The notes under the pieces are model-generated. The model was given only the letters and a program-made list of their open reading frames with translations, searched no databases and was not told where the DNA came from. The translations under genes were made by a program, and so were the position numbers. Shown here piece by piece: positions 51,849-62,263 of a stretch of DNA of 64,000 nucleotides; position 1 is the stretch's first letter, and each line of letters begins with the position of its first letter. The stretch covers positions 176,234-240,233 of the forward strand of contig CAWHAE010000019.1 of assembly GCA_963827235.1 (NCBI GenBank), given 5' to 3'. The DNA comes from an uncultured bacterium (lineage in GTDB: Bacteria; Chloroflexota; UBA5177; JANWHV01).

Positions 51849-51934
51849 GACACTCCTTCGTTACGGAGCATGATACCCGAATTGATATCCGGCGCGCGTT
51901 TGACGGACCGCCACCCGTGTGCGAAACTCCAAGC

Positions 51935-52204
51935 AAGAGCGATGACGGAGCCGGTAAGCCGCCTGGTCCCGCGAGCGAGCTCCCACGTGGTGCGAGGGGA
52001 GCCGGGAAAGGGCGGCTGAGGATCACTCCCGAGCAGGTGCCGCGCGGGCCTCCGGCCCCAGTTGCACCCGGTAACGCCGACCGTTAACCCGGCGCGGGCA
52101 TGCACACGTGCCCGATCGAGTGGGCCATCGTCGGGCGACGACGGCCAATGGTAGGGTGGTACCGCGGGAGTCGACCCCGTCCCTGCGTGGGATGGGGTTT
52201 TTTG
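51935..52204 (+). promoter_or_regulatory. T-box riboswitch (Ile, specifier AUC) with intrinsic terminator
   Basis: Stem I motifs GCGATGA, GAGCGAG, GGTGCGA; specifier ATC at 52022-52024; T-box AGGGTGGTACCGCG at 52153-52166; terminator GACCCCGTCCC/GGGATGGGGTT plus T-run. Confidence 0.93.
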
Positions 52205-52257
52205 TTGGCGGCTCCGCGGACACGCGAGCAAGTTCTGGCCTTGCACAGGAGGGTTGG

Positions 52258-55200
52258 ATGACAGTGGAATCGGTCTCACGGCGCTTCGCGCCTGTTTCCG
52301 CTCAGCCGGATTTTCCGGCCATCGAGCATGCTCTGCTTGCCTGGTGGCAGGAGGCCGGCATTGTCGAGAGGTACCTGGCGCGGAACCGCGGTCGCGCCCG
52401 CCGCTACAGCTTCATCGACGGACCGATCACTGCCAATAATCCTATGGGCGTGCATCACGGCTGGGGCCGCACCTATAAGGATCTCTACCAGCGCTTCCAT
52501 ACTATGCTGGGCGAGGAACAGCGATACCAGAACGGATTCGACTGCCAGGGCCTGTGGGTGGAGGTGGAAGTCGAGAAAGAGCTCGGCTTCAAGAGCAAGC
52601 GCGATATCGAGACGTTCGGCATCGCCGAGTTCGTGGAAAAGTGCAAAGAGCGCGTGCGCACCTTCGCCGGCGTGCAGACGCAGCAGTCCATTCGCCTTGG
52701 CTATTGGATGGACTGGAACAACTCGTACTACACAATGTCGGATGAGAACAACTATACGATCTGGCACTTCCTGAAGACGTGCTACGAGCGCGGCTGGATC
52801 TACAAGGGTCACGACGTGCTACCGTGGTGCGCGCGCTGCGGCACGGCGCTGACCGAGAACGAGATGCTCGACCAGTACTTCGAGACGACACATACCAGTC
52901 CGTTCGTCAAGCTGCCGCTGCTGGACGAGCCGGGATCGGCGCTCCTGGTCTGGACCACTACGCCGTGGACTCTCGCCGCGAACGTGGCGGCGGCCGTGAG
53001 GCCCGATCTGGTCTATGCACGGGTGCGCCAGGGTGACGACGTGTACTACCTGGCGCAGTCACTTCTCTCGGTGCTGCGAGGCGAGTACCACGTGCTGTCT
53101 TCGGTGAGCGGATCCGATCTGGTCGGCCGGCGCTATCATGGGCCTTTCGACGAGCTTCCCGCTCAGGCCGGCGTACAGCATCGCGTGATCGCCTGGGACG
53201 AGGTGAGCGACACTGAAGGCACCGGCATCGTGCACATTGCACCCGGCTGCGGCCGTGAAGACTTCTCGCTCTCGGGCCCGGAATCTCTGGCGGTGCTCGC
53301 TCCGATCGACGAGAGCGGCAACTACGTCGAAGGCTACGGATTCCTTACCGGCCTGCATGCTAAGGAAGTGGTGAAGCCGATCCTGCACTCGCTACGTGGG
53401 AAGGGGCTGCTCTATCGCACCGAGGAATACAGGCACCGGTACCCACACTGCTGGCGTTGTGGCACCGAGCTGGTCTTCCGATTGGTGGACGAGTGGTTCA
53501 TCAGCGTGCAGGAGCTGCGACAGCCCCTGATCGACGTCGTCAACCAGATCACCTGGATACCGGAGTTCTGTCGCGACCGCGAGCTCGACTGGCTCCGGAA
53601 TATGGGCGACTGGATGATCTCCAAGAAGCGCTACTGGGGTCTTGCCCTACCCATCTACGATTGCACCGCCTGCGGCCACTTCGAAGTGATCGGTAGCGAG
53701 CACGAGCTACAGGCGCGGGCGGTGGAGGGGTGGGACGCCTTCGCCGGTCACACGCCGCACCGGCCGTGGGTCGACAACGTGAAGATCCGCTGCTCTCGCT
53801 GCGGCGGTATCGTGTCGCGAGTGACCGACGTGGGCACGCCGTGGCTGGATGCCGGTATCGTGCCCTTCTCGACCCTGGAGTATCGCTACGATCGCGACTA
53901 CTGGCAGAAGTGGTTTCCCGCCGACTTCATCACCGAGAGCTTTCCGGGGCAGTTCCGCAACTGGTTCTATGCCGTCCTGGTGATGGGTACCGCGCTGGCC
54001 GGCGTGCCGCCGTTCCGTACCTGTTTTGGCTTCGCGACCCTGCTGGACGAGTCCGGGCGCGAGATGCACAAGTCCTGGGGCAACTCCATCCCATTCGAGG
54101 AAGCGGCGGACATTGGTGGCAGGGACGTCAAGGGCAAGCAGCACGGGCCGATGGGCGCCGATGCGATGCGCTGGATCTATCTGGGCCAAAATCCGGCCAG
54201 CAACCTTCGCTTCGGCTATCCGGTTGCCGAGGAGGTGCGTCGCCGCCTGTTCCTGACGCTCTGGAACGTGTATTCGTTCTTCGTGCTCTACGCCAACCTC
54301 GACGGCTTCGATCCGGCGGCCCCTCGGCCGCCGGTGCAGACGCGCAGCACCCTGGACCGCTGGATGCTTGCCGAGCTGCATGCTGCCGTCGAGAGCGTTA
54401 CCACGGCTCTGCACCGTTACGAGGCAGCCCCGGCTACCCGCGACCTCGAGAACCTGGTCGACCAGCTCTCGAACTGGTACGTGCGGCGCAGCCGCCGGCG
54501 CTTCTGGAAGGGCGAGGACGACCAGGACAAAGCGGCCGCGTACGCCACCCTGTACGAGGTGTTGACCACGATCACGCGGCTGCTGGCTCCGATGGTGCCT
54601 TTCCTGGCCGAGGAGCTGTATCGCAACCTCGAAGCCGCTGCCGTTCCCGGTGCGCTCGAGAGCGTACATCTCACCGACTGGCCGGTGGCCGACGCCTCGC
54701 TCGTGGATCGCGCGCTTCTCGAGGCCACTCGCCTGACCATCCGAGTCGTCGGGCTCGGCCGTGCGGCCCGGAATGCCGGAAAGCTGAAAGTGCGCCAGCC
54801 GCTTGCGGCGGCGCTGATTCGCACACGGCGCCCCGAAGAGTGGGAAAAGCTGTTGCCCTTCGTCGAGCAGATCCAGGAGGAGCTCAACGTCAAGGAGGTC
54901 CGGTACATGGCCGATGAGGCGGCCGTGGCTAAATATCAGCTACGACCCAATCTTCCGGCCCTGGGACCGCGGCTCGGCCCGGATCTGCCGAAGCTCGTCG
55001 CAGCGCTGAAAGAGCTCGACGCGGACGACGCCGTGGTGCGGCTCAAGCGCGGAGAGCGCCTCACCTTGCGTGTCGGAGACCGTGAGCTCAGCCTGGGCAT
55101 GGACGACGTGCAGCCGCTCGCTACGGCGGTGCCCGGCTACGCCGTGGCGGAGGAACACGGCTATCTGGTAGGGCTTGTCTCGGACCTGACCGCCGAGCTT

Positions 55201-55461
55201 CGCGACGAGGGTTTGGCGCGTGAAGTGGTGCACAGGCTGCAGAGCCTGCGCAAGGCGGCCGGGTTCGAGGTCGCCGATCGGATCGTCGTGCATTATGAAG
55301 CCGGCGACCGGCTACGGCAGGTCTTTGCCGCCTGGGATGCCTATATTCGCTCCGAGACTCTGGCTGTCGCGTTGCCGGCAGGCGTGAAGGGAGCGGAGGG
55401 CTTTCAGGATAGTGCACCCATCGAAGATGAGCCGGTCACCTTTGTCCTGCGCAAGGCGTGA
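52258..55461 (+). CDS. ileS: Isoleucine--tRNA ligase (type 2-like)
   Basis: DGPITAN, WTTTPWTL, GTGIVH, DWMISKKRYWG, EMHKS; AGGAGG before ATG 52258; Ile T-box upstream. Confidence 0.96.
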   Translation: MTVESVSRRFAPVSAQPDFPAIEHALLAWWQEAGIVERYLARNRGRARRYSFIDGPITANNPMGVHHGWGRTYKDLYQRFHTMLGEEQRYQNGFDCQGLWVEVEVEKELGFKSKRDIETFGIAEFVEKCKERVRTFAGVQTQQSIRLGYWMDWNNSYYTMSDENNYTIWHFLKTCYERGWIYKGHDVLPWCARCGTALTENEMLDQYFETTHTSPFVKLPLLDEPGSALLVWTTTPWTLAANVAAAVRPDLVYARVRQGDDVYYLAQSLLSVLRGEYHVLSSVSGSDLVGRRYHGPFDELPAQAGVQHRVIAWDEVSDTEGTGIVHIAPGCGREDFSLSGPESLAVLAPIDESGNYVEGYGFLTGLHAKEVVKPILHSLRGKGLLYRTEEYRHRYPHCWRCGTELVFRLVDEWFISVQELRQPLIDVVNQITWIPEFCRDRELDWLRNMGDWMISKKRYWGLALPIYDCTACGHFEVIGSEHELQARAVEGWDAFAGHTPHRPWVDNVKIRCSRCGGIVSRVTDVGTPWLDAGIVPFSTLEYRYDRDYWQKWFPADFITESFPGQFRNWFYAVLVMGTALAGVPPFRTCFGFATLLDESGREMHKSWGNSIPFEEAADIGGRDVKGKQHGPMGADAMRWIYLGQNPASNLRFGYPVAEEVRRRLFLTLWNVYSFFVLYANLDGFDPAAPRPPVQTRSTLDRWMLAELHAAVESVTTALHRYEAAPATRDLENLVDQLSNWYVRRSRRRFWKGEDDQDKAAAYATLYEVLTTITRLLAPMVPFLAEELYRNLEAAAVPGALESVHLTDWPVADASLVDRALLEATRLTIRVVGLGRAARNAGKLKVRQPLAAALIRTRRPEEWEKLLPFVEQIQEELNVKEVRYMADEAAVAKYQLRPNLPALGPRLGPDLPKLVAALKELDADDAVVRLKRGERLTLRVGDRELSLGMDDVQPLATAVPGYAVAEEHGYLVGLVSDLTAELRDEGLAREVVHRLQSLRKAAGFEVADRIVVHYEAGDRLRQVFAAWDAYIRSETLAVALPAGVKGAEGFQDSAPIEDEPVTFVLRKA

Positions 55462-55664
55462 GCCGGTGCAGACCAGATGATCGAGAAATCGACCGGCCGG
55501 CTGGCACTCTAGGCTATACTCCAGTCAGCAGGACGAATCGGCGACCGCCCGGCGCGGATAGGCTTCCTGACCGGGACGACCATGAGCAGTTTCGCGCGTC
55601 GCGGCGCGAGATGAGGTTAGCGCCGAGGATGCCAGAGCCGAGCCGCCGTGACAGGAGACCGCCG

Positions 55665-57155
55665 GTGTCAGAATTCCGGGCGGCGGCACTGTGGATCGCC
55701 TCGTTTTGCTGCCTGATGGCGGGACTTGCCATCGTCTTCGTCGCACGCGCCGGTGAGTGGCTCGCGATTGGCGCACTACTTGCTCTGTGCGGCGCCATCC
55801 TTGGCACCGTGCTCTCTTTGCGCACGCGCCGCGAGGTGCAGCTGCTCCACGATCGGGCTCGGAAAGCGATGCGGGTCGAGCTCGGTCTGAGGGAAGAGCT
55901 GCAGGTCCTGCGGGACTCTGTCAGCTCGTTGAAGCAGTTCGACGACGAAGCACACCGGCTGAAGACCGAGGCTGAGGCGCAGAACGCAGCGTTGTCCGAG
56001 GCCAACGCTCGCCTCGAGAGACTGGCGACCAGCGATCCGCTTACCAGGCTGCTGAACCATCACGCGATCGTCGACGAGCTCGATCGCGAGGCGGCTCGTG
56101 CGCTGTCGGCGGGACGCCGGTTCGCCGTGTTGTTCGTCGATCTGGACCATTTCAAGGTGCTGAATGACACCTACGGACACCAGGCGGGCGATGAGACCTT
56201 GCTCGAGTTTGCCAGCTTGCTACGCGCCACGCTCGGACCGACCAGCGTCGCCGGGCGGTGGGGCGGCGAAGAGTTCCTGGCCATCCTGCCGGAGACCGAC
56301 CATACCGGGGGCATGCGAATAGCAGAGGCCCTGCGCGCGGAAGCTGCCGAGCACCGGTTCGTTTCCGGTGAGGCCGGCCGGGTCACCTGTTCCATTGGCC
56401 TTGCGGTCTATCCCGAAGACGGCAGAAGGAGTAACACTCTAGTCGCAGCCGCGGATGGCGCCATGTACGCGGCAAAGCGATTGGGACGCAACCAGGTGAG
56501 AGCGGCTGCCGATATTGCCGTGAACGCGCTGGAACGCGCGCACGATCACTCGGACCGTCATGAGGAACTGGAGTTGGCAGGGACTGTCGAAGCGCTGGCA
56601 GAGCTGGTGGCGGCCCGGGACCACTACAGCAATGAGCAGTGCCTGGCGATCGTCGGCCTTGCCAGGGGCATGGCAGGCAGGCTCGGCATCCGCGGCGAAG
56701 GCCTGCGCTTGCTCGGGATGGCCGTGCGCCTGCACGATATCGGCAAGGTGGCAGTCCCGGACTGCGTCCTCGTCAAGGAGGGAGAGCCCTTCACCGAGGA
56801 AGAATGGCGGTTGATGCGCAGGCACGTTACGGTCGGGGCCGAGGTCGTCGAACACATTCCCGCCCTTCGCCCGCTGGCGCCGATCATCCGCTCGCATCAC
56901 GAGCGCTGGGATGGCAGGGGATACCCGGATGGCCTGGCAGCCGGCAGCATCCCTCTTGGGGCACGTATTGTTGCCGTCGCCGGGGCCTATCGCGCTCTCA
57001 CGGCCGACCGCCCATATCAGCAGTGCCGCTCGCGCGAGAGCGCGATAGAGGAGCTCCGCAGGTGCTCGGGCACACAGTTCGACCCCGCCGTGGTGGAAGC
57101 TCTGGCCGCGGAGCTAGGCGCGCGGCCCGCCGTGCCGGCCGAGAAGGCAGTGTAG
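55665..57155 (+). CDS. Membrane-anchored GGDEF plus HD-GYP domain protein; start uncertain (55458-55665)
   Basis: Two TM helices, coiled coil, DLDHFK.LND.YGH..GD, GGEEF, LHDIGK, HHERWDG.GYP. Confidence 0.9.
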   Translation: MSEFRAAALWIASFCCLMAGLAIVFVARAGEWLAIGALLALCGAILGTVLSLRTRREVQLLHDRARKAMRVELGLREELQVLRDSVSSLKQFDDEAHRLKTEAEAQNAALSEANARLERLATSDPLTRLLNHHAIVDELDREAARALSAGRRFAVLFVDLDHFKVLNDTYGHQAGDETLLEFASLLRATLGPTSVAGRWGGEEFLAILPETDHTGGMRIAEALRAEAAEHRFVSGEAGRVTCSIGLAVYPEDGRRSNTLVAAADGAMYAAKRLGRNQVRAAADIAVNALERAHDHSDRHEELELAGTVEALAELVAARDHYSNEQCLAIVGLARGMAGRLGIRGEGLRLLGMAVRLHDIGKVAVPDCVLVKEGEPFTEEEWRLMRRHVTVGAEVVEHIPALRPLAPIIRSHHERWDGRGYPDGLAAGSIPLGARIVAVAGAYRALTADRPYQQCRSRESAIEELRRCSGTQFDPAVVEALAAELGARPAVPAEKAV

Positions 57156-57261
57156 AGACCGTTCATCCCGGGCGGGACCAGTCTGGCGCATCCACCGTGG
57201 GCACGCGCCGGCGCGTCTAGCGGCAACGGCGATCAGCAGGCCCGGACGGGCGTGCAGGCAA

Positions 57262-58356
57262 TCATCCGTCGCGCAGGGAGGCCATCAGGCTGAGGTAGCC
57301 CGCGTGAGACCAGAGGAGCGGGCGCGCTACTGGTCCCCAGAGGTCGACCCACTCCTGGATACGCGACGGAGCCAGCACGGCGGCGCTCGACTGCTCCGGT
57401 AGGTTGCCCGCCGCGTCGGCCTGAGCTGCCGCGAAGGCGCGGCAGCGCTCGGCGCCGGGCCGATCGCCGGTTGACAGTCGGTATTCTCCCAGCAGGGCCG
57501 TCAGTAAGACCCACTCACCGCCGCCATAGAAGGTATCGTCCAGGAAGCGGTGGACGCCGCCGCTGCGCCCGACCAGGTCGCTCTCGATGCGGGCTGCAGT
57601 GGCACGCATGATCGGATGCAGCGGCGCGAACAGGGCGTGCTCCCCGAAAGGAAGTGACGCCCAGAGCAGACTGGCGTCAACCTCGTCGGCACCATCAATC
57701 TGCTTGATGAGGTGTCCATCGCGCACGCCACGCTCGAGCACGAGGTCGCGCACGGCTGCCGCGGTGCGCTCGGCAACCGAGGCAGCCGGCGACGGATCAA
57801 GTAGCTGGGCGGCGCTGCGCAGCCCGGCATACTGCGCTGCCAGGGTCGAGACGGCGAGCCTGTCGGCATGCTCCTCCCAGCAATCCGAATTCGGCACGGA
57901 CCACAGGGCGCCCAGGTAGCTGATCAGCACACGGACGGCCTCCCGCCATGTGCCCGGAAGCGTCAGATCGACGGCTCGCAAGTGCCGTCCGAAGCCCCAG
58001 AGAAGGGTGCCAAAGCCGTCGAGCTGGTGGTTTGGCCACTCGGTAGCGCTGGTATCGCCGTGGGCCGAGTAACGCGTGTGCAGCAGATCGCGCGGCTCGG
58101 GCGCGGCGCCGCGCTGTATGGCGTCCACGACACGCTCCACGGACGCCGCGTTGGCGCCGATCATGCTGGCCGCCCAGTTGAAGAAGCGTGTGGCACTGTC
58201 GTACTCGCCCCAGCGGTCCATGGCGTGCGCGATAAATGTGCCGTCGCGGAACCAACAGTACTGGTAGGTGGGATAGGTCGGGCAAGCCAGGTAAGCTCCG
58301 GTGTCGGCCTGGCCCCACCGGATGACACGTATGCTCCGTGCTACGAGTTCGTCCAT
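57262..58356 (-). CDS. Glycoside hydrolase family 15 (glucoamylase/glucodextranase-like)
   Basis: YCWFRDG, QLDGFG, DCWEE, LPEQ, PLLWSHA. Confidence 0.88.
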   Translation of the reverse strand: MDELVARSIRVIRWGQADTGAYLACPTYPTYQYCWFRDGTFIAHAMDRWGEYDSATRFFNWAASMIGANAASVERVVDAIQRGAAPEPRDLLHTRYSAHGDTSATEWPNHQLDGFGTLLWGFGRHLRAVDLTLPGTWREAVRVLISYLGALWSVPNSDCWEEHADRLAVSTLAAQYAGLRSAAQLLDPSPAASVAERTAAAVRDLVLERGVRDGHLIKQIDGADEVDASLLWASLPFGEHALFAPLHPIMRATAARIESDLVGRSGGVHRFLDDTFYGGGEWVLLTALLGEYRLSTGDRPGAERCRAFAAAQADAAGNLPEQSSAAVLAPSRIQEWVDLWGPVARPLLWSHAGYLSLMASLRDG

Positions 58357-58385
58357 GTTCAACTCAGTCGCCTATCGTCTTGGCA

Positions 58386-60224
58386 CTATGACTCATCCGT
58401 GCGCACGACTACGAGCGTCCAGTAGTCGAGCTTTGGTACTACGAGCTCCACGCTGGTGGACACGCCTTTGCCGCCCGTGCCGAACGGCAGGCGCCGCGGG
58501 CGCAGATCGGGCTCGTCGGGATCCGCGGCGAACACACCCGTCACCGTCGCTCCCGTGTTCAGTGTCACGGTCAGGTTCTGCACAGGATGCACCGGCGGCT
58601 TCGGGCTGTTCCACAGCACGTCGGCGGCACCGGTAAGGTTGATCAGGCTGAGTGTCCGCACTCCCGGCATCGACCTGCAGATCGTCCATACCTTGCCCGG
58701 TTCTGGTGCCGGCCCGTGATCGTGGCCGCGTATCTCGGCAGCCGACAGCGCGGCATCGCCCGTCGCCGTTACGAGGCCGGTGTCGCAGAGCACGTTCTCG
58801 TATCGCACCACGAAGTCGTAGTAACGGCGCATGACCTGGGCAAAGTCGGGCATGAGCGTCGCGTACTTCGGATAGTAGGCGTCGCAGAGAGCACCGTTGT
58901 TCTCGCCGACCAGGAGATGAAATCCGCCGTTGGCCCATATCGCCGCGCTCGCCAGTCTGGTGGCGCGTTCTGCCGGCGGAACTGCATCGCCGAGCGCGCC
59001 GAGCAGAGGCGCCATGTATGCCGCCAGGATGACCTGTTTCTCGGGCGCAAGCGCCCGCGCGCCCAGAATCAGGGCTTGCAGGTCGCCGTAGCTCACGTAG
59101 GGTGGCCAGACTTCGATGTAGGTCGCATCCTGTGTGGTCGGCGCTACAGTCTGGATCGGCCAATTCTCGACGGCGTTGAAGATCACTCGGGTGCCAGGTC
59201 GTTCCCGGCGAACGGCGGCGCGCGCGTCGTCGATAAACGGGGGAAAGTCCTCGGCGAGATCGTAGCGCTTGGGGTTCTTGCCCGGGCCGAAGGCGTTGTC
59301 CTTGGGGAAGCCGTACTGGTCCAGGTGCAGACCGTCGAATGGCACCTCGCGTACGGAGCGCGCCATTTGCTGGAGAATATGCGGGCGCCAGGGAATGCCC
59401 TCGTGGATGTTCATGACATAGAAGAGCTTCTCGATGCTGTAGGGTGTGCCGGAGGCGTCGTACAGCATCTCGCCGGGGTGCTCGAGCGCGTACTCCGGCT
59501 CCGCGCCGTAGACGGCGGCGTAGCCCATCGCGGCCATACCGTGAGCGTTGCAGGCGCGCGCCTTCTGGCGCACCGTTTCCAGAGAAAGCGACCTGCCGAG
59601 GGCATCGGTGAAGTCGTCGGCCGGCGGCATCAGCTCGTAGTGGCGCCACATCCAGTCGTAGAACTGCACGACGTTGACGTGGTAGCGGGCCAGGGCGCGC
59701 ACCGTTGTCGCGGCAAAGGGATCCCCGGGACCGAAGTCGGAAAGGAACCCGTAGCGAGGTGCCTGCGCCCAGCTCTCGAGCACGTCCAGCGCGGTGCCGG
59801 CGCGCGCAAGGATCGAGCCTCCGCCGTCGAGCAGCTCGACGTCGACGCCGTAGCCCCGGAATGTCTGCTCCGGAAGCGGGATGTCGAGCGCCAGGCTGCT
59901 TTCGCCCTCGGCAAGGCTTACCTGGCTGAGCTGACCGGTGATCTCCTGATCGAGGTATCGAACGGTGAGCCGGATCTGGCAACGCATGTCGAAGGCGCTC
60001 CTGAGCACCACGTGGATCGTCGCCCCTTCGCCCGGCACGTACACCGCGCGATCGGCCCACACATCGTCGATTGTTGCCTGGGCCTGCTGTGCCCGCTCTC
60101 TCACTCTTTCCTCCTGGGAACTGGTCGCTGCAAACGTCCGGGTCTGGCGGCTTGCCAGGCCGGCGACGGCGACGGCGGCGCCGGAAAGCAGCGCGCGGCG
60201 CGATAGGCGCTGGACATTCGTCAC
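58386..60224 (-). CDS. Glycoside hydrolase family 66 (dextranase/cycloisomaltooligosaccharide glucanotransferase-like), Tat signal
   Basis: SRRALL twin-arginine motif, PRYGFLSDF, QFYDWMWRH, FDGLHLDQYG, YIEVW; GTG 60224 overlaps the permease stop. Confidence 0.85.
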   Translation of the reverse strand: MTNVQRLSRRALLSGAAVAVAGLASRQTRTFAATSSQEERVRERAQQAQATIDDVWADRAVYVPGEGATIHVVLRSAFDMRCQIRLTVRYLDQEITGQLSQVSLAEGESSLALDIPLPEQTFRGYGVDVELLDGGGSILARAGTALDVLESWAQAPRYGFLSDFGPGDPFAATTVRALARYHVNVVQFYDWMWRHYELMPPADDFTDALGRSLSLETVRQKARACNAHGMAAMGYAAVYGAEPEYALEHPGEMLYDASGTPYSIEKLFYVMNIHEGIPWRPHILQQMARSVREVPFDGLHLDQYGFPKDNAFGPGKNPKRYDLAEDFPPFIDDARAAVRRERPGTRVIFNAVENWPIQTVAPTTQDATYIEVWPPYVSYGDLQALILGARALAPEKQVILAAYMAPLLGALGDAVPPAERATRLASAAIWANGGFHLLVGENNGALCDAYYPKYATLMPDFAQVMRRYYDFVVRYENVLCDTGLVTATGDAALSAAEIRGHDHGPAPEPGKVWTICRSMPGVRTLSLINLTGAADVLWNSPKPPVHPVQNLTVTLNTGATVTGVFAADPDEPDLRPRRLPFGTGGKGVSTSVELVVPKLDYWTLVVVRTDES

Positions 60225-61102
60225 CCCTTTACGGCGCCCGCGCTCACGCCCCGGATGAAGTGGCGCTGGAATACCAGGAACACCACGACCACCGGCAGCA
60301 CGGCAATCGAGGAGGCTGCGAACACGATCCCCCACTGCGTGCTGTGAGCGCTCTGGAATTGCTGGATGGCGATGGGGAGCGTATACAGGTTCGAGTTGTT
60401 GAGGAACGTGATTGCCAGCACGAACTCGTCCCAGTTGCCGAGGAACGAGAAGATGGTGGTGGCGGCCAGGGCGGGCTTGGCCAGCGGCAGGGCTATGCGC
60501 AGGAATGTGCGCCACACGCCGCACCCGTCGATCGACGCGGCGTCCAGCAGCTCCTGGGGCAACTCCTCGAAGAAGCTGCGCAGCAGGAAGATGCTGAAAG
60601 CCATGTTGGCGGCATAGACCAGGACGAGACCGTGCCGGCTGTTCGTGAGATGCAGGTGGCTGGCGAGCACAAACTGAGGAATGATCAGGACGATGCTGGG
60701 TACCGTCAGCGTGGCCAGTATCCCGTAGTAGAGGAGAGTGCGGCCGGGAAAGCGATAGCGGGCGAAGGCGAATGCCAGGCTGGCCGAGAGCACCACGTTG
60801 ATCGCCGTTGAACAGGTAGCCACGCTCACGCTGTTGAAGAAAGCCTGGCCGAAGTTGTTCGCCGCCCAGGCGGCCGTGTAGTTGTCGAACGTGGGATCAG
60901 ACGGGATGAAGGTAGGCGGCGTGCCGAGCACGTACGCGTTGGGCATGAACGAGATGCCGACCATGTAGGCAAACGGCGTGAGCGTTATGACCACGCCGAG
61001 CAGCAGTAGTAGGTAGATCGGCGCTCTGCGCAGTAGTCTTGCCGGCGTCGTTCGCGACCGGCGACGGCCGAGTACAGGACGCGACGCTTCTGGTTCGTTC
61101 AT
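60221..61102 (-). CDS. Carbohydrate ABC transporter permease (MalG-like)
   Basis: EAA loop ELLDAASIDG; AGGAG before ATG 61102. Confidence 0.92.
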   Translation of the reverse strand: MNEPEASRPVLGRRRSRTTPARLLRRAPIYLLLLLGVVITLTPFAYMVGISFMPNAYVLGTPPTFIPSDPTFDNYTAAWAANNFGQAFFNSVSVATCSTAINVVLSASLAFAFARYRFPGRTLLYYGILATLTVPSIVLIIPQFVLASHLHLTNSRHGLVLVYAANMAFSIFLLRSFFEELPQELLDAASIDGCGVWRTFLRIALPLAKPALAATTIFSFLGNWDEFVLAITFLNNSNLYTLPIAIQQFQSAHSTQWGIVFAASSIAVLPVVVVFLVFQRHFIRGVSAGAVKG

Positions 61103-61220
61103 CGCTCCTGTCCCCGCATTTGCCCGGCGACGGCGCGGCCACACTCTTGTCGCGGAATCCGCGCCGGGGCATGGAACAGCGGCGCTTTCCGGAAGCGGCT
61201 CGACGCCGATCGCTCTGCCA

Positions 61221-62168
61221 CTAGTACTCAACCTTCGTGCGAAGCAGCTTGAGCTGCACGATGCTCAGTGCGAAGACAAACACCATGAACAGGTAGGTGA
61301 TAGCCGCGCCGTAGCCAAAGTCAAACGAGGAGAAGGCATTGCTATACCCGTAGGTCAGCAGTGACTCCACGCTGTGCTCCGGACCGCCGCCGCTGCCCAT
61401 CACGATGAACATCTGCGTGAACGAGCCGAAGGCTCCGATCACCAGCATTACGGTGACGAAGGCTACGACCGGCCGCAGCAGTGGAAGTGTGATGTGGAGG
61501 AAGCGTGCCCAGGCACCGGCGCCGTCCACCGAGGCGACTTCGTAGAGCTCGTTCGGAATACTCTGCAATCCGGCCAGGAAGATAACCATGTTCCATCCGA
61601 CGCCCTTCCAGATGCCGAGCACCATCACGGTAGGCAGGGCCAGCGTGGGCGATCCCAGCCACGTAGTCGTGTCCGAGATCAGGTGCAGGTTGTCGCCCAA
61701 GATCCAGTTCATCAGTCCGCCCTGGCTGCTGAACAGGTACTCGAAGATGAACGACACGACGACCCAGGAAGTGATTACGGGAAGATAATAGAGCACCCGG
61801 AAGACGGCGCGTCCAAACAGCTTGCGGTCAAGCATGAGGGCCACCGCCAGGCCGAGTACCATCTGGGCCGGGACCGTGATCAGGGCATACCAGACCACGT
61901 TGCCGAAGGCCTGCCAGAACACGGGATCGTGGAGAGCGTTGGTGTAGTTGGTCCAGCCTATGAACTGGCTCGAGGCTGCCGGATTGGGATTCCAGTCGAA
62001 GAAGCTCATCACCAGGGCATAGAACAGCGGGTAGATCGTCCACAGGCCGAAGAGCGCTATTCCGGGGAGGATCAGCCCATAGATGGGAGCCACGCGCCGT
62101 ATCTCGCGCCAGAACCGCTTCTGTCTGCCAGTCCGGCGATTGATCGGCAGGTTGTCGATGGCCTGCAT
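61221..62168 (-). CDS. Carbohydrate ABC transporter permease (MalF-like)
   Basis: LAGLQSIPNELYEVASVDGA, ITLPLL. Confidence 0.92.
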   Translation of the reverse strand: MQAIDNLPINRRTGRQKRFWREIRRVAPIYGLILPGIALFGLWTIYPLFYALVMSFFDWNPNPAASSQFIGWTNYTNALHDPVFWQAFGNVVWYALITVPAQMVLGLAVALMLDRKLFGRAVFRVLYYLPVITSWVVVSFIFEYLFSSQGGLMNWILGDNLHLISDTTTWLGSPTLALPTVMVLGIWKGVGWNMVIFLAGLQSIPNELYEVASVDGAGAWARFLHITLPLLRPVVAFVTVMLVIGAFGSFTQMFIVMGSGGGPEHSVESLLTYGYSNAFSSFDFGYGAAITYLFMVFVFALSIVQLKLLRTKVEY

Positions 62169-62211
62169 GAGTGGGTGGCCTCCGAGTCAAGATGATCTAC
62201 CTGTGCGTGCA

Positions 62212-62246
62212 GTTCACGAGGCGGACGAAGCGCCCGCCTCGTGAAC
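62212..62246 (-). terminator. Stem-loop between the solute-binding protein and permease genes
   Basis: Perfect 13-bp inverted repeat GTTCACGAGGCGG/CCGCCTCGTGAAC. Confidence 0.6.
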
Positions 62247-62263
62247 GCGGTCTCTGCCGTTTA

